A stretch of DNA of 64,000 bases from a virus, in IMG/VR virus record IMGVR_UViG_3300046454_000825, positions 14,876-78,875 of that record; one strand, written 5' to 3'. Every line of letters begins with the position of its first letter. Position 1 is the first letter of the stretch. This document shows, piece by piece, positions 20,819-30,735 of this stretch. The notes under the pieces are model-generated. The model was not told the DNA's origin. It saw only the letters and a program-made list of their open reading frames with translations, and searched no databases. A program made the translations under genes and the position numbers.

Positions 20819-21224
20819 CAGTGTCAAGAGAAAGCTGACGGTGACGGCCCAGAAGGAGCTTGCCACCTTCAAAAACGACAAGGACGAACCCACCACAATC
20901 TACGAGGTGAAAGCCGTCACCGAGGCCGGTGAGGCTGTCTCAGTCAAGCTGCGTACCTTCCAGTCAGAACTTCCCCAGGGAGAGCTGATCGAGTACGACG
21001 TCACCCCCTACGATCACCCGGAGCATGGTCGCTCCTACACGATCAAGATCCCCGGTAAAGGTAGAGCCTCCAAGAAAGACATCGCCGAGCTGAAGACACA
21101 GCTCAGTGACATTGCTGGCCGGGTCTCGGCCTTGGAGGACGCGGTCGCCGCGCTCAAACCGAAGACCGAGGCCGAGAAGGCAAGGGACGAGAAATTCGGA
21201 GCCGACGACGACGTGCCGTTCTAG
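20811..21224 (+). CDS. ssb: single-stranded DNA-binding protein (divergent)
   Basis: OB-like beta pattern; C-terminal DDDVPF tail; near dnaB. Confidence 0.7.
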   Translation: MSDSVKRKLTVTAQKELATFKNDKDEPTTIYEVKAVTEAGEAVSVKLRTFQSELPQGELIEYDVTPYDHPEHGRSYTIKIPGKGRASKKDIAELKTQLSDIAGRVSALEDAVAALKPKTEAEKARDEKFGADDDVPF

Positions 21225-21230
21225 GAGACC

Positions 21231-21551
21231 ATGGAAGCCAGAGCAAGAACCAGCGATCCGGATACATCCCACGCCGCAGCGAAGAGTGTCAAAAAGCTGA
21301 CGCTCGTTCAGACGCGGGTGTTGGCGCTATTCAGGCGGTGCGGCTCGATGACCGACACCAGGCTGATCGAGACATGGAATAAGGAACGCTCTCGGTTCCC
21401 CGACAGCTACCCCCAGATGTCGGAGTCAGGCCTGCGTACTCGCCGGCGCGAACTCGTCGACCTTGGTGACCTTAAGGACTCAGGGCTCAGGCAGGAGCTG
21501 CTGTCGGGGCGTAAGTCGATCCTCTGGTGCAGGCGTGTCGATCGCTGGTGA
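21231..21551 (+). CDS. winged-helix DNA-binding protein, common actinophage family
   Basis: ARTSDPDTSHAAA...SGLRTRRRELVDLG motif. Confidence 0.65.
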   Translation: MEARARTSDPDTSHAAAKSVKKLTLVQTRVLALFRRCGSMTDTRLIETWNKERSRFPDSYPQMSESGLRTRRRELVDLGDLKDSGLRQELLSGRKSILWCRRVDRW

Positions 21552-22336
21552 AGCCGCTGGTCATCATCCCGATGTACCTCACCGAGGACTCAGACGTGGA
21601 GACCACGATGGAAGCTGTGCGCAGCGTCCGCAAGACGGTCAGTGACAGCGTCGAGATCCTGGTCGTCGACGATCACTCACCCGAGCGGCAGTTGGTCGAC
21701 GGTATCGAAAAGGGGCTGGGGCGCTTCGACGCCGAGCTCCACCGCAAGGATGAGAACTCCGGCTTCTCCAAGACCGTCAACGTGGGCCTGCAGCGAGCGC
21801 GCGACCAAGGTCGGGACGCGGTTCTCCTCAATGCCGATGTTGAGATCAGCACCCCCGGCTGGCTGAAGATCATGCAGAAGACAGCCGATGCCAACCGTCG
21901 GCCGGCGGCTGTTGTCGGTGCGCTGCTCCTATACCCGACGGGCTTGATCCAGCACGCGGGGATCTATTTCTCCCTGCTGACCCGGACCTTCGATCACATG
22001 TACAAGTTCGGGCCGGGCAACCTACCCGAGGCGTTGATCCAGCAGAGCAGGCCGGTCACCGGCGCGTTCCAGTTCATCCGTCACGACGCGCTGATGAAGG
22101 TGGGGCTCTACGACGAGGGCTTCCAGATGGCCCACGAGGATGTCGACTACTGCATCCGGACCTACCTTGCTGGCTTGGAATGTGTATACCAACCGAGGGT
22201 CAGGGCGTTTCACTTCGAGATGATGTTCCGCGGTAGGCCTTCTCCCAAAGTGCAGGAATGGCAACAGAAGTCGTGGGTCTATTTTGCTACTAAGTACTCA
22301 ACCCAAAATTTCGCAGGGTTAGTTCCCTTCGTCTAA
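21548..22336 (+). CDS. GT-A (GT2-like) glycosyltransferase
   Basis: VIIP; VVDDHS; ENSGFSKTVNVG; LLNAD; VGLYDEGF...EDVDYC. Confidence 0.9.
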   Translation: MKPLVIIPMYLTEDSDVETTMEAVRSVRKTVSDSVEILVVDDHSPERQLVDGIEKGLGRFDAELHRKDENSGFSKTVNVGLQRARDQGRDAVLLNADVEISTPGWLKIMQKTADANRRPAAVVGALLLYPTGLIQHAGIYFSLLTRTFDHMYKFGPGNLPEALIQQSRPVTGAFQFIRHDALMKVGLYDEGFQMAHEDVDYCIRTYLAGLECVYQPRVRAFHFEMMFRGRPSPKVQEWQQKSWVYFATKYSTQNFAGLVPFV

Positions 22337-22344
22337 GGAGACCA

Positions 22345-23985
22345 ATGAACGAGTGGTGGAGATACGAGCAGCTTTCCAGCCGGTGGCCCTACGATTGGGC
22401 TCCAGCAACCCGCGGCGATCGGCCGTGGGATCAGCTCGACTTCCACCTAGACCTGGGGTGTGGTCGCGTGCCCAAGGCGCGCATGGGGATCGACCGCAAA
22501 TTCTCCGAGGGCGCGACGGATCTGGTCATAGATCTGGATGAGATATTCCTCTATCTGATGGAATCCGAGCGCAGCGGGCACCGCATGCAGGAGCTCCTGG
22601 AGTTCCCCGGCGAACGTAGACTGCCGTTCCCGACCGGCTCAATCGAGTCGATCATCACCCATCACTGCTTCGAGCACATCGGCGAGGGTTTCGAGCGGCT
22701 GATGGAGGAGTGCTATCGGGTGCTCAAATGGGGTGGCGTCATGCGTATTGTGACTCCCGTATTCCCATCATCGGCGGCGGTCTCTGAGTACGACCACAAG
22801 CGCTACTTCATGCAGGGCACGCTGATGGGGTTCTGCCAGGAGCTGCCCGGCGGCGCGTCGATCTATGACGCCTTCGCCGAGCGCTACAACTCGTGCTGCT
22901 TCCGCCAGATCGACGAGGAGGTTTCACCTCCGACGCCGGCGGAGAAGCAGTGGACAACCGAGGATGTGCGGGAGATTCGAACCACACTATGGAAATTCAG
23001 TGACGGTGAAGATGAGCCCGAACCGTCGATGTTCATACCGGAGGAGACCAATGATTTTAGTCCAATTCAAGCTGGACAAGGTGATCATCTTCGAGGGGAC
23101 GATGATGGACTCGGCGCTGCCGAGCCTGGGGGAAACGATCAAAATTCCGGGGAGCCGGCGCAAACTGAAAGTGGGGATGGTGACGAGGCGGCTCTCCAAG
23201 GGCCGAGCGAAGCAGCGCAACGGGTTGATCAAGCAGGAGGCGGTGGTGGACCTAGTCCCTTCGCATCCGTCTGCGTCCTCAGCTACGAAAGGCTGAGCCT
23301 GCTGCGTGAGTGCATCGGCTCGATGCTCGCCGGCGCACACTCACCCTTCGAGCTGATCGTACATGACGATGGCTCTCGCGATCCCGAGCTCCGTCAGTGG
23401 CTCTTGCAGATGTCCGAAGAGGGCGTGATCTCGACGCTGCTGATGAATTCCCCGGGCTGGAACGAGGGGCAGGGCATAGCGATGAACCGGATGGCCGCTG
23501 TCGCGAAGGGCGATCCGATTATCAAGTGCGACCAGGACCTCGTCTTCGAGCCCGGTTGGCTGCGCAGGGTTCAAGAAGTGCTCAACACCAACGCAAGGGA
23601 GACCCACGAAACGGGTGAGCCGATGATCGGCGCGCTGGGTATCTTCAAGTACTTCACCGATCCCGTCGACCATGAGAGGATGTTCCTTCGGGACTGGATC
23701 TCCTACGACGAAGTTCTCGATTTCGTCGGCTCGTTCATTGCGATACCGCGGACGGCGTGGGAGATCTTCGGGCCGTGGGGAGAGCGCAGCGCCGCCTTCG
23801 CCGAGGACGCCGTGTTCAAGGACACACTGCAGAAGACGGAGGGCTGGTGCTGCGCCCTGACGAAAGAGGATCTGGCCCGCAACCAGGGGTTCGGCGTCGG
23901 GCCTTCGACCGTGGTGGTCGCCGAGGGCACAGTGCAGGCGATCCAGACCGGTCCTAAGGTGATCGAGCCGGGGGTGATCGAGTGA
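22345..23985 (+). CDS. SAM methyltransferase - GT2 glycosyltransferase fusion
   Basis: N-terminal LDLGCG, LPFPTGSIESI, HCFEH, ECYRVLKWGG; C-terminal VCVLSYER, IVHDDGS, KCDQD, FAED. Confidence 0.85.
   Translation: MNEWWRYEQLSSRWPYDWAPATRGDRPWDQLDFHLDLGCGRVPKARMGIDRKFSEGATDLVIDLDEIFLYLMESERSGHRMQELLEFPGERRLPFPTGSIESIITHHCFEHIGEGFERLMEECYRVLKWGGVMRIVTPVFPSSAAVSEYDHKRYFMQGTLMGFCQELPGGASIYDAFAERYNSCCFRQIDEEVSPPTPAEKQWTTEDVREIRTTLWKFSDGEDEPEPSMFIPEETNDFSPIQAGQGDHLRGDDDGLGAAEPGGNDQNSGEPAQTESGDGDEAALQGPSEAAQRVDQAGGGGGPSPFASVCVLSYERLSLLRECIGSMLAGAHSPFELIVHDDGSRDPELRQWLLQMSEEGVISTLLMNSPGWNEGQGIAMNRMAAVAKGDPIIKCDQDLVFEPGWLRRVQEVLNTNARETHETGEPMIGALGIFKYFTDPVDHERMFLRDWISYDEVLDFVGSFIAIPRTAWEIFGPWGERSAAFAEDAVFKDTLQKTEGWCCALTKEDLARNQGFGVGPSTVVVAEGTVQAIQTGPKVIEPGVIE
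23051..23296 (+). CDS. overprinted 81-aa basic protein in the +1 frame of the fusion linker
   Basis: AGGAGACCAATG start context identical to that of gene 22345; high third-position GC in this frame. Confidence 0.55.
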   Translation: MILVQFKLDKVIIFEGTMMDSALPSLGETIKIPGSRRKLKVGMVTRRLSKGRAKQRNGLIKQEAVVDLVPSHPSASSATKG

Positions 23986-24179
23986 GGTACGCGGTGCTGT
24001 TCACCACTTCGCCCGAAGCCGAAGAAGGCAAGTCATGGGCGATCGTCGAAGCCGACGAGCCGGCGCAGGCTGTCTCGATGGTCGGTGGTCGCACGGTGGC
24101 CATGGATGACAAAGCCCTGTGCATCCCACTCGATGAGAAGCCGATCCCCGTCTACGCGACGGTTGGGTGGCACACATGA
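23982..24179 (+). CDS. hypothetical protein
   Basis: Coupled by GTGA/ATGA overlaps. Confidence 0.6.
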   Translation: MRYAVLFTTSPEAEEGKSWAIVEADEPAQAVSMVGGRTVAMDDKALCIPLDEKPIPVYATVGWHT

Positions 24180-24391
24180 GCGATCCGCAGCTCGACAAGA
24201 TCCTCAAGGACGCGATCGAGGACGCCAACCTGGCCAGCAAGAAGAGCAGGCCGAAGTGGATGGGCGGCGCGGCTCCGCGTGAACGCCTGTCGGAGTCAGG
24301 GCGCAGGAAGCGGCGCAAACTCAACAAGGCGAACGCGAAGCTCCGGCCGAAGGTCAGGAAGCGGAGTAAGCACGGGAGGCAGGTGCGATGA
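24176..24391 (+). CDS. small highly basic protein
   Basis: ATGA overlaps; Arg/Lys-rich C-terminal half. Confidence 0.55.
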   Translation: MSDPQLDKILKDAIEDANLASKKSRPKWMGGAAPRERLSESGRRKRRKLNKANAKLRPKVRKRSKHGRQVR

Positions 24392-25245
24392 AGGCAGGCA
24401 TCGTGATACCGGTTGGCCCTGGCCGGGAAGAGAACCTGGGCCGAGCGCTGGTGTCGATCGAAGAGATGAAGTTCCCGCCCGAGCACATCGTCCTGGTCTG
24501 CGACGGGCCGGAGTCAGAGGTCAGCGATCCGGGGATCTCCCTTCCTCACTCGCTCGTTGTTACGCCTCACAAGCATGAGCCCGGTAGGGAGCAGCCCCGC
24601 AACGTTGGGGTACGTGTGCTGCAGGATCTGGGCGGCTTTACTCACGCCTGGTTCCTGGACACCGACATCATCCTGGATCCCTGGGCGCATTCGCACTTTC
24701 AGGCTGCGATGGAGGTCGACACACTGGAGCGGATCCTCGTCGGTCCCTACGACTGGCTTGCGGCGAACACCAAGGTGCCAGTGCCCGACCTGCGAAACGA
24801 TCCGCGCTGGCCATCGTTCGACAACCACGACATGCCCGAGGCCCTGACCAACGACCTCAGTGCCGGCTTGGCCTGCTTCAGCGGCAACCTGATCTGGCCG
24901 ATTGAGGCCTTCGTTCGGATCGGCGGCTTCTGGAACGAGCTCCACCACGGCCGCTGTGAGGACGGCGAGCTCGGACTCCGTGCCGTGGCCTGCGGCATTC
25001 CGATTAGCTTCGTCGCCGCGGCGCGCGGTTGGCATCTCGATCACCCGATCAACGGCGAGCTGACGCTGCAGCGCAATGAGCGCGACGTCCCGATGCTGAA
25101 CGATCGCCATCCCTGGGTCCAGGGCGAGGGGCTATTTGTCGTCGAAGAGGACGGCAAACGGTTCAACACTCACTGTCGCTGTGGCTGGTCAGGCAACACG
25201 ATGGAGATCTGGGAGCACCAGGCAGGGTGTGAGCAAGCCCGATGA
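24388..25245 (+). CDS. GT-A glycosyltransferase
   Basis: IVIP; LVCDG; RNVG; FLDTD; IGGFWN...EDGELG. Confidence 0.85.
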   Translation: MKAGIVIPVGPGREENLGRALVSIEEMKFPPEHIVLVCDGPESEVSDPGISLPHSLVVTPHKHEPGREQPRNVGVRVLQDLGGFTHAWFLDTDIILDPWAHSHFQAAMEVDTLERILVGPYDWLAANTKVPVPDLRNDPRWPSFDNHDMPEALTNDLSAGLACFSGNLIWPIEAFVRIGGFWNELHHGRCEDGELGLRAVACGIPISFVAAARGWHLDHPINGELTLQRNERDVPMLNDRHPWVQGEGLFVVEEDGKRFNTHCRCGWSGNTMEIWEHQAGCEQAR

Positions 25246-26027
25246 GCCGTCTTCTCGTCTGCATACCGACCATCGAGGGCCGGGAGAAGTTCCTGGAGCG
25301 AGCCATGTGGGGCTATCGCACTCGCACGCCTCACACCGACATGCACATCGAGGTCGTTCACGACTATCCTACTTGTGGTCAGGGTTGGCAGGCGGCGGTC
25401 GAGCGGGGACTCTCTCGCTTGCAGCCGCCCCCTGACTTCATCCACTTCGGCAATGACGACATTATGGTGGCCGAGGGCTGGTTGCCGCCGCTAATAGATG
25501 CCGCCACACAGGGGTTTCTGCCGGCGTCTCGGATGGAGCCGGCTGGCTACCACCTTGGCGAAGAGCCGGCGGAAGCGATTGCGCCATGGTGGGTCAAGCC
25601 CAACGAGCGCAGCTACTTCTACTCCGATCTGCCCGAGAACCAGCCGAAGAATGACTGGGCTCCGGTCGACCACAGTGCATTGCCATTCTGTTCGGTCGGT
25701 CAGTGGCTGAAGATCGGTCGGTTCATCCCGATTCACTTCGGCACTGACAAGTGGTTCTATCACCGAGCCCGTCAGGAGGGCATCACCGCGGTCGCGCGTA
25801 TGGACTCCGTGATCTTCAACTACGCCACTCAGATCGGTAGGCAAAAGGGTGCGTGGACCGAGACCGACATCATCGACTTCGACTGTGTCTTCGCCTATCC
25901 GGCCTACGTGGAGGGGCGTTTGAAGCCAGAGGAAGAGGACCCCCAACGTCTCACGGGTTCTGGCCTGGCGATGGTTAGGCGCTGGCGTAAGGCGAACTTT
26001 GACGGACCACACCACTGGGAGGCTTGA
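25242..26027 (+). CDS. divergent GT-A glycosyltransferase
   Basis: VCIPT; FGNDD; GTDKWF. Confidence 0.7.
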   Translation: MSRLLVCIPTIEGREKFLERAMWGYRTRTPHTDMHIEVVHDYPTCGQGWQAAVERGLSRLQPPPDFIHFGNDDIMVAEGWLPPLIDAATQGFLPASRMEPAGYHLGEEPAEAIAPWWVKPNERSYFYSDLPENQPKNDWAPVDHSALPFCSVGQWLKIGRFIPIHFGTDKWFYHRARQEGITAVARMDSVIFNYATQIGRQKGAWTETDIIDFDCVFAYPAYVEGRLKPEEEDPQRLTGSGLAMVRRWRKANFDGPHHWEA

Positions 26028-26809
26028 TGGACACCACGCTTTTGATCTCGACCTTCAACCGTGCCCCGCTTCTTGATCGGTCGCTGGCGCGCCTGGCGCA
26101 GCTCACCGTTCCCGACGAGGTGCTGGTCGTCGATGACGGCAGCACCGACGAGACAGCCGAGGTCTGTGATCGCCACGCGGATCTCCTGCCGTTGACCTAC
26201 ATCTACAACCACAATCCCGAGTGGTCGATCTGCTCCATGGCCCGCAACATCGGGGTCAAAAATGCCGCCAACGAGTGGATCATTACCTCCGAGCCCGAGC
26301 TCTTTTTCGTCACCGACGTCGTTAAGCAGTTCGAGTACCTGCAGCCCGAGCATCCGGAGCAGGTGATCAGCGCTGGCACGATCTACTTTCAGCCCGAGGG
26401 AGGTCCGGATCCGAGCACGAATGTCGAGGGCCTGGAGGTCGCTGGCGACTACACGCCGCCGACGGGGATGGAGGAAGCGATCGGCTGGGTCGCTCCGTTC
26501 TCGGCTCTCTACAACCGCAACTGGCTGGAGCATGTAGGTGGGTGGGACGAGGAGTTCCCGGGTCCGTGGGGCTGGGACGATATCGACCTGCTGACCCGTC
26601 TGCGGATCAAAGGCATCAACCAACACATTGCGCTCGACGTGAAAGCCCTGCACCAGTGGCATGGGCCGAAACATCGCGGCGACGTCGACTTCCAGAACGA
26701 GCAGTACTTCCGGGCCAAGGACTTCGTCGCCGGCGGCGTCGAGTCACCGGATCTTCCGGACCTAATCGCCAACCAGGACCGTGAGTGGGGGGTGATCGTT
26801 CCCCGATGA
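26027..26809 (+). CDS. GT2 glycosyltransferase (DxD position reads EPE)
   Basis: ISTFNR; VVDDGSTD; ARNIG; VGGWDEEF..WGWDD; LHQWH. Confidence 0.9.
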   Translation: MDTTLLISTFNRAPLLDRSLARLAQLTVPDEVLVVDDGSTDETAEVCDRHADLLPLTYIYNHNPEWSICSMARNIGVKNAANEWIITSEPELFFVTDVVKQFEYLQPEHPEQVISAGTIYFQPEGGPDPSTNVEGLEVAGDYTPPTGMEEAIGWVAPFSALYNRNWLEHVGGWDEEFPGPWGWDDIDLLTRLRIKGINQHIALDVKALHQWHGPKHRGDVDFQNEQYFRAKDFVAGGVESPDLPDLIANQDREWGVIVPR

Positions 26810-27450
26810 AGTACGAGGAGCAGCTCATCGAGGAGGTCAAGACGTGGTGCATCCAGGATCCGGAGAGACGCGCGGAGAAGATGCAACGCGAGCGCATCCG
26901 GCATCCCAAACTGATCAAGGATCTGCTGCTCGACAAGCTCGACACGTCGACCATGAAGATCCTGGAGGTCGGTGGTGGACCCGAGCCCTTGAGTGACCTG
27001 CTCGACTTCGAGTTCCGCATCGTCGTCGACCCCTGCGCTGACGAGTACGCAGAATTCTTCCCGACTCCAGATCACCTGAACATGGAGGCCGAGGACATGG
27101 GAGACAGCACCTGGCACGAGACCTTCGACCTGATCATCTGCACCAACGCGCTCGACCACGTTCGGGATGTGCCATCGGTCATGAGCAGGATCTACCGGTG
27201 CCTCAAGCCGGGTGGTTACTTCGCTGTCATGTGCGCCGAGAACAACGCGATCACCAACCCGCACCCGTGCCACAAGATCAACCTGACCGCGGCCGACCTG
27301 CACCGATCGTGCGACAAGTGGGCCGAGACCTGCTGGGAGCTTACTTATAGTAAGGACGGGTATCGCTATGGCTGGGCCGAGTACCAGGGCAAGTGCGGCC
27401 AGCCGGCCTTCGCGATTCTGTTCCGCAAGGCGGTCGGGTATGAGCAGTGA
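26806..27450 (+). CDS. class I SAM-dependent methyltransferase
   Basis: ILEVGGG; FDLIICTNALDH; LKPGG. Confidence 0.85.
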   Translation: MKYEEQLIEEVKTWCIQDPERRAEKMQRERIRHPKLIKDLLLDKLDTSTMKILEVGGGPEPLSDLLDFEFRIVVDPCADEYAEFFPTPDHLNMEAEDMGDSTWHETFDLIICTNALDHVRDVPSVMSRIYRCLKPGGYFAVMCAENNAITNPHPCHKINLTAADLHRSCDKWAETCWELTYSKDGYRYGWAEYQGKCGQPAFAILFRKAVGYEQ

Positions 27451-28489
27451 GCTCGACGTCGCCAAAGATGTCTGCTTCATAGGGCTCGGCGCGAGTGCAC
27501 CGTGCTACTACCGCGTCATGCTTCCAGCGATGGCCCTGAAATGCGACTGGGCCGGAGTCGCCGGTGTTCCACCCAGCCTGCATTGGTTGACCGGCTCGGT
27601 GAAGGGTCAGTCGAAGATGCCGGACCTGATCGACGACTACAAGATTGTGGTGCTGCAGCAGCCATGCGGTGACCAGTGGCTGAAGCTCACCGAGGCGATG
27701 CAAGAGGCGGGCAAGAAAGTTCTCTTCGAGGTTGACGATTATCTCCATGGCATTGCGAAGCGTGAGGACCACCACTTCAAAGATTCCTACGACCAGAGAG
27801 TCATGTTCTTGTTCGAGGATATGATGCGCGCGTGCGATGGGATTATCACGTCGACTGAGTACATTGCGAAGAAATACAAGAAGTTCAACCCCAACATCTA
27901 CGTATGTCGCAATGGGATTGATCTGAATCGCTACGAGCTGAGCAGACCTGACCGCAAGACGGTGAACATTGGCTGGGCGGGTGCGACCGGTCACACCAAG
28001 GCAATCATGCCGTGGATGAATCAGGTGCTCGCGGTTATGCAGGAGAAACCGGAGACCTGCTTCGTGTCGATAGGCCAGCCGTTCGCCGATGCGATCAGGC
28101 CCTACATCGACGACGAGAGGGCGATCTCCGTGCCCTGGGCGGCGATCGAGCAGTACCCCTCGGCGATGTCCATGATCGACATCGCTCTGGCTCCCGCCGG
28201 CGCAGGCGGCTGGTACCTCGGCAAGTCGGATCTGCGCTGGCTGGAGGCCGGCGCGCTCGGGATCCCGATCATCGCTAACCGCAAGGTGTACAAGGAAATC
28301 GAGGACGGGGTGACAGGCTTCACCGCCGAGAACCCCTACATCATGACCGAAAAGCTGATGCCCTTGATCGGTGACCGAGACCTGCGGCTGCGGATCGGTG
28401 ACCAGGCGAAAGAGTATGTTCGCGAGCATAGGGGCATCGAGACAATGGCCCAGTCTTGGGTCACCGCCTTCGAGGAAGCCTATGAATGA
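27440..28489 (+). CDS. GT-B (GT4-like) glycosyltransferase
   Basis: YYRVMLP; FEVDD; IGWAG; DIALAP...KSDLRWLEAGALGIPII. Confidence 0.9.
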   Translation: MSSELDVAKDVCFIGLGASAPCYYRVMLPAMALKCDWAGVAGVPPSLHWLTGSVKGQSKMPDLIDDYKIVVLQQPCGDQWLKLTEAMQEAGKKVLFEVDDYLHGIAKREDHHFKDSYDQRVMFLFEDMMRACDGIITSTEYIAKKYKKFNPNIYVCRNGIDLNRYELSRPDRKTVNIGWAGATGHTKAIMPWMNQVLAVMQEKPETCFVSIGQPFADAIRPYIDDERAISVPWAAIEQYPSAMSMIDIALAPAGAGGWYLGKSDLRWLEAGALGIPIIANRKVYKEIEDGVTGFTAENPYIMTEKLMPLIGDRDLRLRIGDQAKEYVREHRGIETMAQSWVTAFEEAYE

Positions 28490-28868
28490 GCTCTCGACGA
28501 CTGAATCCACGACGGCGGAGGTTGCACGGGTCCTGCGGTTGCACTCCTTTCACTACGCGGACGAGGAGCAGCTCCAGCGTGGTGTCGCTGATGCGCTGAC
28601 GCTCGCCGGCGCGCCGTTCACGCGCGAGGTCCGGCTGGATGAGTTCTCACGGATTGACTTCATGGTGCACGCTCGCTGCGAGGTGGGCATCGAGGCGAAG
28701 ATCGCTTCCGCGGCGAGCTCGGTGTCCAGACAGCTCGACCGCTATCTCAAGAGCGACAAGGTCGACGGGCTCGTGCTGGTGACCACGCTACGGCGTCACA
28801 AGAAGCTGGCCGGGATGCGGCTTGGCAAGCCGGTCGAGGTCGTCTGGCTGGGGTTCGCAGCGCTATGA
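28482..28868 (+). CDS. small PD-(D/E)xK nuclease-like protein
   Basis: E..LQ; REV; RIDF; GIEAK; QLDRY. Confidence 0.65.
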   Translation: MNELSTTESTTAEVARVLRLHSFHYADEEQLQRGVADALTLAGAPFTREVRLDEFSRIDFMVHARCEVGIEAKIASAASSVSRQLDRYLKSDKVDGLVLVTTLRRHKKLAGMRLGKPVEVVWLGFAAL

Positions 28869-29062
28869 CCTTGAAACCTGCGATCGCCTTCATACTCACC
28901 GACACTGGCCATAAGCTCCACCTGCCGGCGGACGACACCACCTTCGAATACCCAACGTCAGGACCGGATCGTCAGCAAACCCGCTGTGGCCGTTCTGGTC
29001 GTGTGGTCATCAAGGGTCGTTACGCCGACGAGGATGTCTGTGTGACGTGCCTATGGCGGTAA
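28865..29062 (+). CDS. small Cys/His protein
   Basis: HKLH, TRCG, CVTC; coupled overlaps. Confidence 0.5.
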   Translation: MTLKPAIAFILTDTGHKLHLPADDTTFEYPTSGPDRQQTRCGRSGRVVIKGRYADEDVCVTCLWR

Positions 29063-30735
29063 CACACGGCAAAGTAGAGCGCTACGGCGAGACGTGGTGG
29101 GTATACACCGAGCCCCATCTGATGATCAAGCTCAAGCGCTGGTTCCCCCGCGTCGAGGCCAATCGCCAGGGCGCTCTGATCATCCGTGCCACGTCCGAGG
29201 TCTCGCGGGATCTGGAGTGGTTCATGACGCGCTACCCGATGGAGATGAAAGAGAAGGATCGGACGGCTCTCGGCCGAGAATCGAAGGAACACAAAGGCCT
29301 GGAGCACGATGCACAAGAGATCCTGGCCGGCAAGGCGCTGAAGCGGGAGCTCAAATGGGAGGTCAAGGATGCCCGTGACTACCAGCTCGTGGCCGCGGAT
29401 CTGGCGCTGCGCACCGGTCACCTGCTGATCGCCGATGATGTCGGGCTCGGCAAGACGTTGGAGGCCCTGCTGATCCTCAGGGACGCCGGCCTACTGCCCT
29501 GCCTGATCGTCTGTCAGACGCACCTGCCGCACCAGTGGAAAGAAGAAATCGAAGACTTCTGCCCCTGGCTCAAGCCGCACATTGCTCGGAAAGCGTCTCC
29601 CTACAAACTGGCTCAGTTCGAGAAGGATGGCCTGACACCGAATGTTCTGATCATGGGTTATTCGAAAGTCGCTGGCTGGGCACCGGTGTTGAAAGGGAAA
29701 ATCAAATCGGTCATCATCGACGAGTGCCAAGAGGTTAGGATCGAGGGCTCTCAGAAGTACGTTGGCGTGGCCATGGTGGCCGATAAGGCCGACTGCGTGG
29801 TTGGCACCACGGCGACGCCGGTCTACAACTACGGCGACGAGATCTTCAACATCATGGACGTGATCGCTCCTGGTTGCCTAGGCGAGCGCGACGAGTTCGT
29901 CAGGGAGTGGGGCAAGCGGATCGGCAACCACATGGGTGTCAAGGATCCCGAGGCGCTGCGTCACTACCTGATCGGCCAGAACCTGATGATCCAGCGCACC
30001 AGGGCTGAGGTCGGACGAGAACTGCCGGAGACGATCCGGGTCCATCAGTCGATCGAGTCCGACGAGATCGTCTTCAACGAGCTGATGGCCGATCACATCG
30101 AAACGGCGAAGATCCTGGCCAGCCGCGAAGCGAGCAGGGAAGAACTGTTCAGACTGAGCGGGGAGTTCGAGTGGCAGCTCCGCCGCGCGACCGGCGTGGC
30201 CAAGGCACCCTTTGTCGCCGAGATGGTGAAAGGCCTACTGGAGTCGGGCGAAAAGGTGGTCATGTTCGGCTGGCACCACTCCGTCTATGACATCTGGGAG
30301 GAGGCACTGGCCGATTATCACCCGGTGTTCTATGGCGGTAAACAGTCACCGACGCAGAAGCTGCACGCCAAGGGTAAATTTATGGATCCAGAGGGTGACT
30401 GCAAAGTCATGGTGATTTCTTTACGTTCGGGCGCAGGGCTCGACGGGTTGCAACAGGTGTCACGAATCGCGGTGTTCGGTGAGCTCGACTGGTCGCCGAC
30501 TATGCATGACCAGTGCATCGGCCGGCTCCGGCGCGATGGGATGACCGACCCCGTGGTCGCCTACTTCCCCGTCTCCGAGTATGGATCGGATCCGTTCATC
30601 GCCGAGAAGCTGCAGCTTAAGCGCAGCCAGAGTGAGCCGTTCATGCATCCTGGGGCCAAGCTCCTTCAGGTCGACGAGGAGGCAATGGCGGGGAGATCTT
30701 TCCGCATGGCAACAGAGTTCCTGAAGAAGGATTGA
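29053..30735 (+). CDS. SNF2-family helicase
   Basis: ADDVGLGKT; IIDECQ; TATP; GLDGLQ; QCIGRLRRDG. Confidence 0.9.
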   Translation: MAVTHGKVERYGETWWVYTEPHLMIKLKRWFPRVEANRQGALIIRATSEVSRDLEWFMTRYPMEMKEKDRTALGRESKEHKGLEHDAQEILAGKALKRELKWEVKDARDYQLVAADLALRTGHLLIADDVGLGKTLEALLILRDAGLLPCLIVCQTHLPHQWKEEIEDFCPWLKPHIARKASPYKLAQFEKDGLTPNVLIMGYSKVAGWAPVLKGKIKSVIIDECQEVRIEGSQKYVGVAMVADKADCVVGTTATPVYNYGDEIFNIMDVIAPGCLGERDEFVREWGKRIGNHMGVKDPEALRHYLIGQNLMIQRTRAEVGRELPETIRVHQSIESDEIVFNELMADHIETAKILASREASREELFRLSGEFEWQLRRATGVAKAPFVAEMVKGLLESGEKVVMFGWHHSVYDIWEEALADYHPVFYGGKQSPTQKLHAKGKFMDPEGDCKVMVISLRSGAGLDGLQQVSRIAVFGELDWSPTMHDQCIGRLRRDGMTDPVVAYFPVSEYGSDPFIAEKLQLKRSQSEPFMHPGAKLLQVDEEAMAGRSFRMATEFLKKD

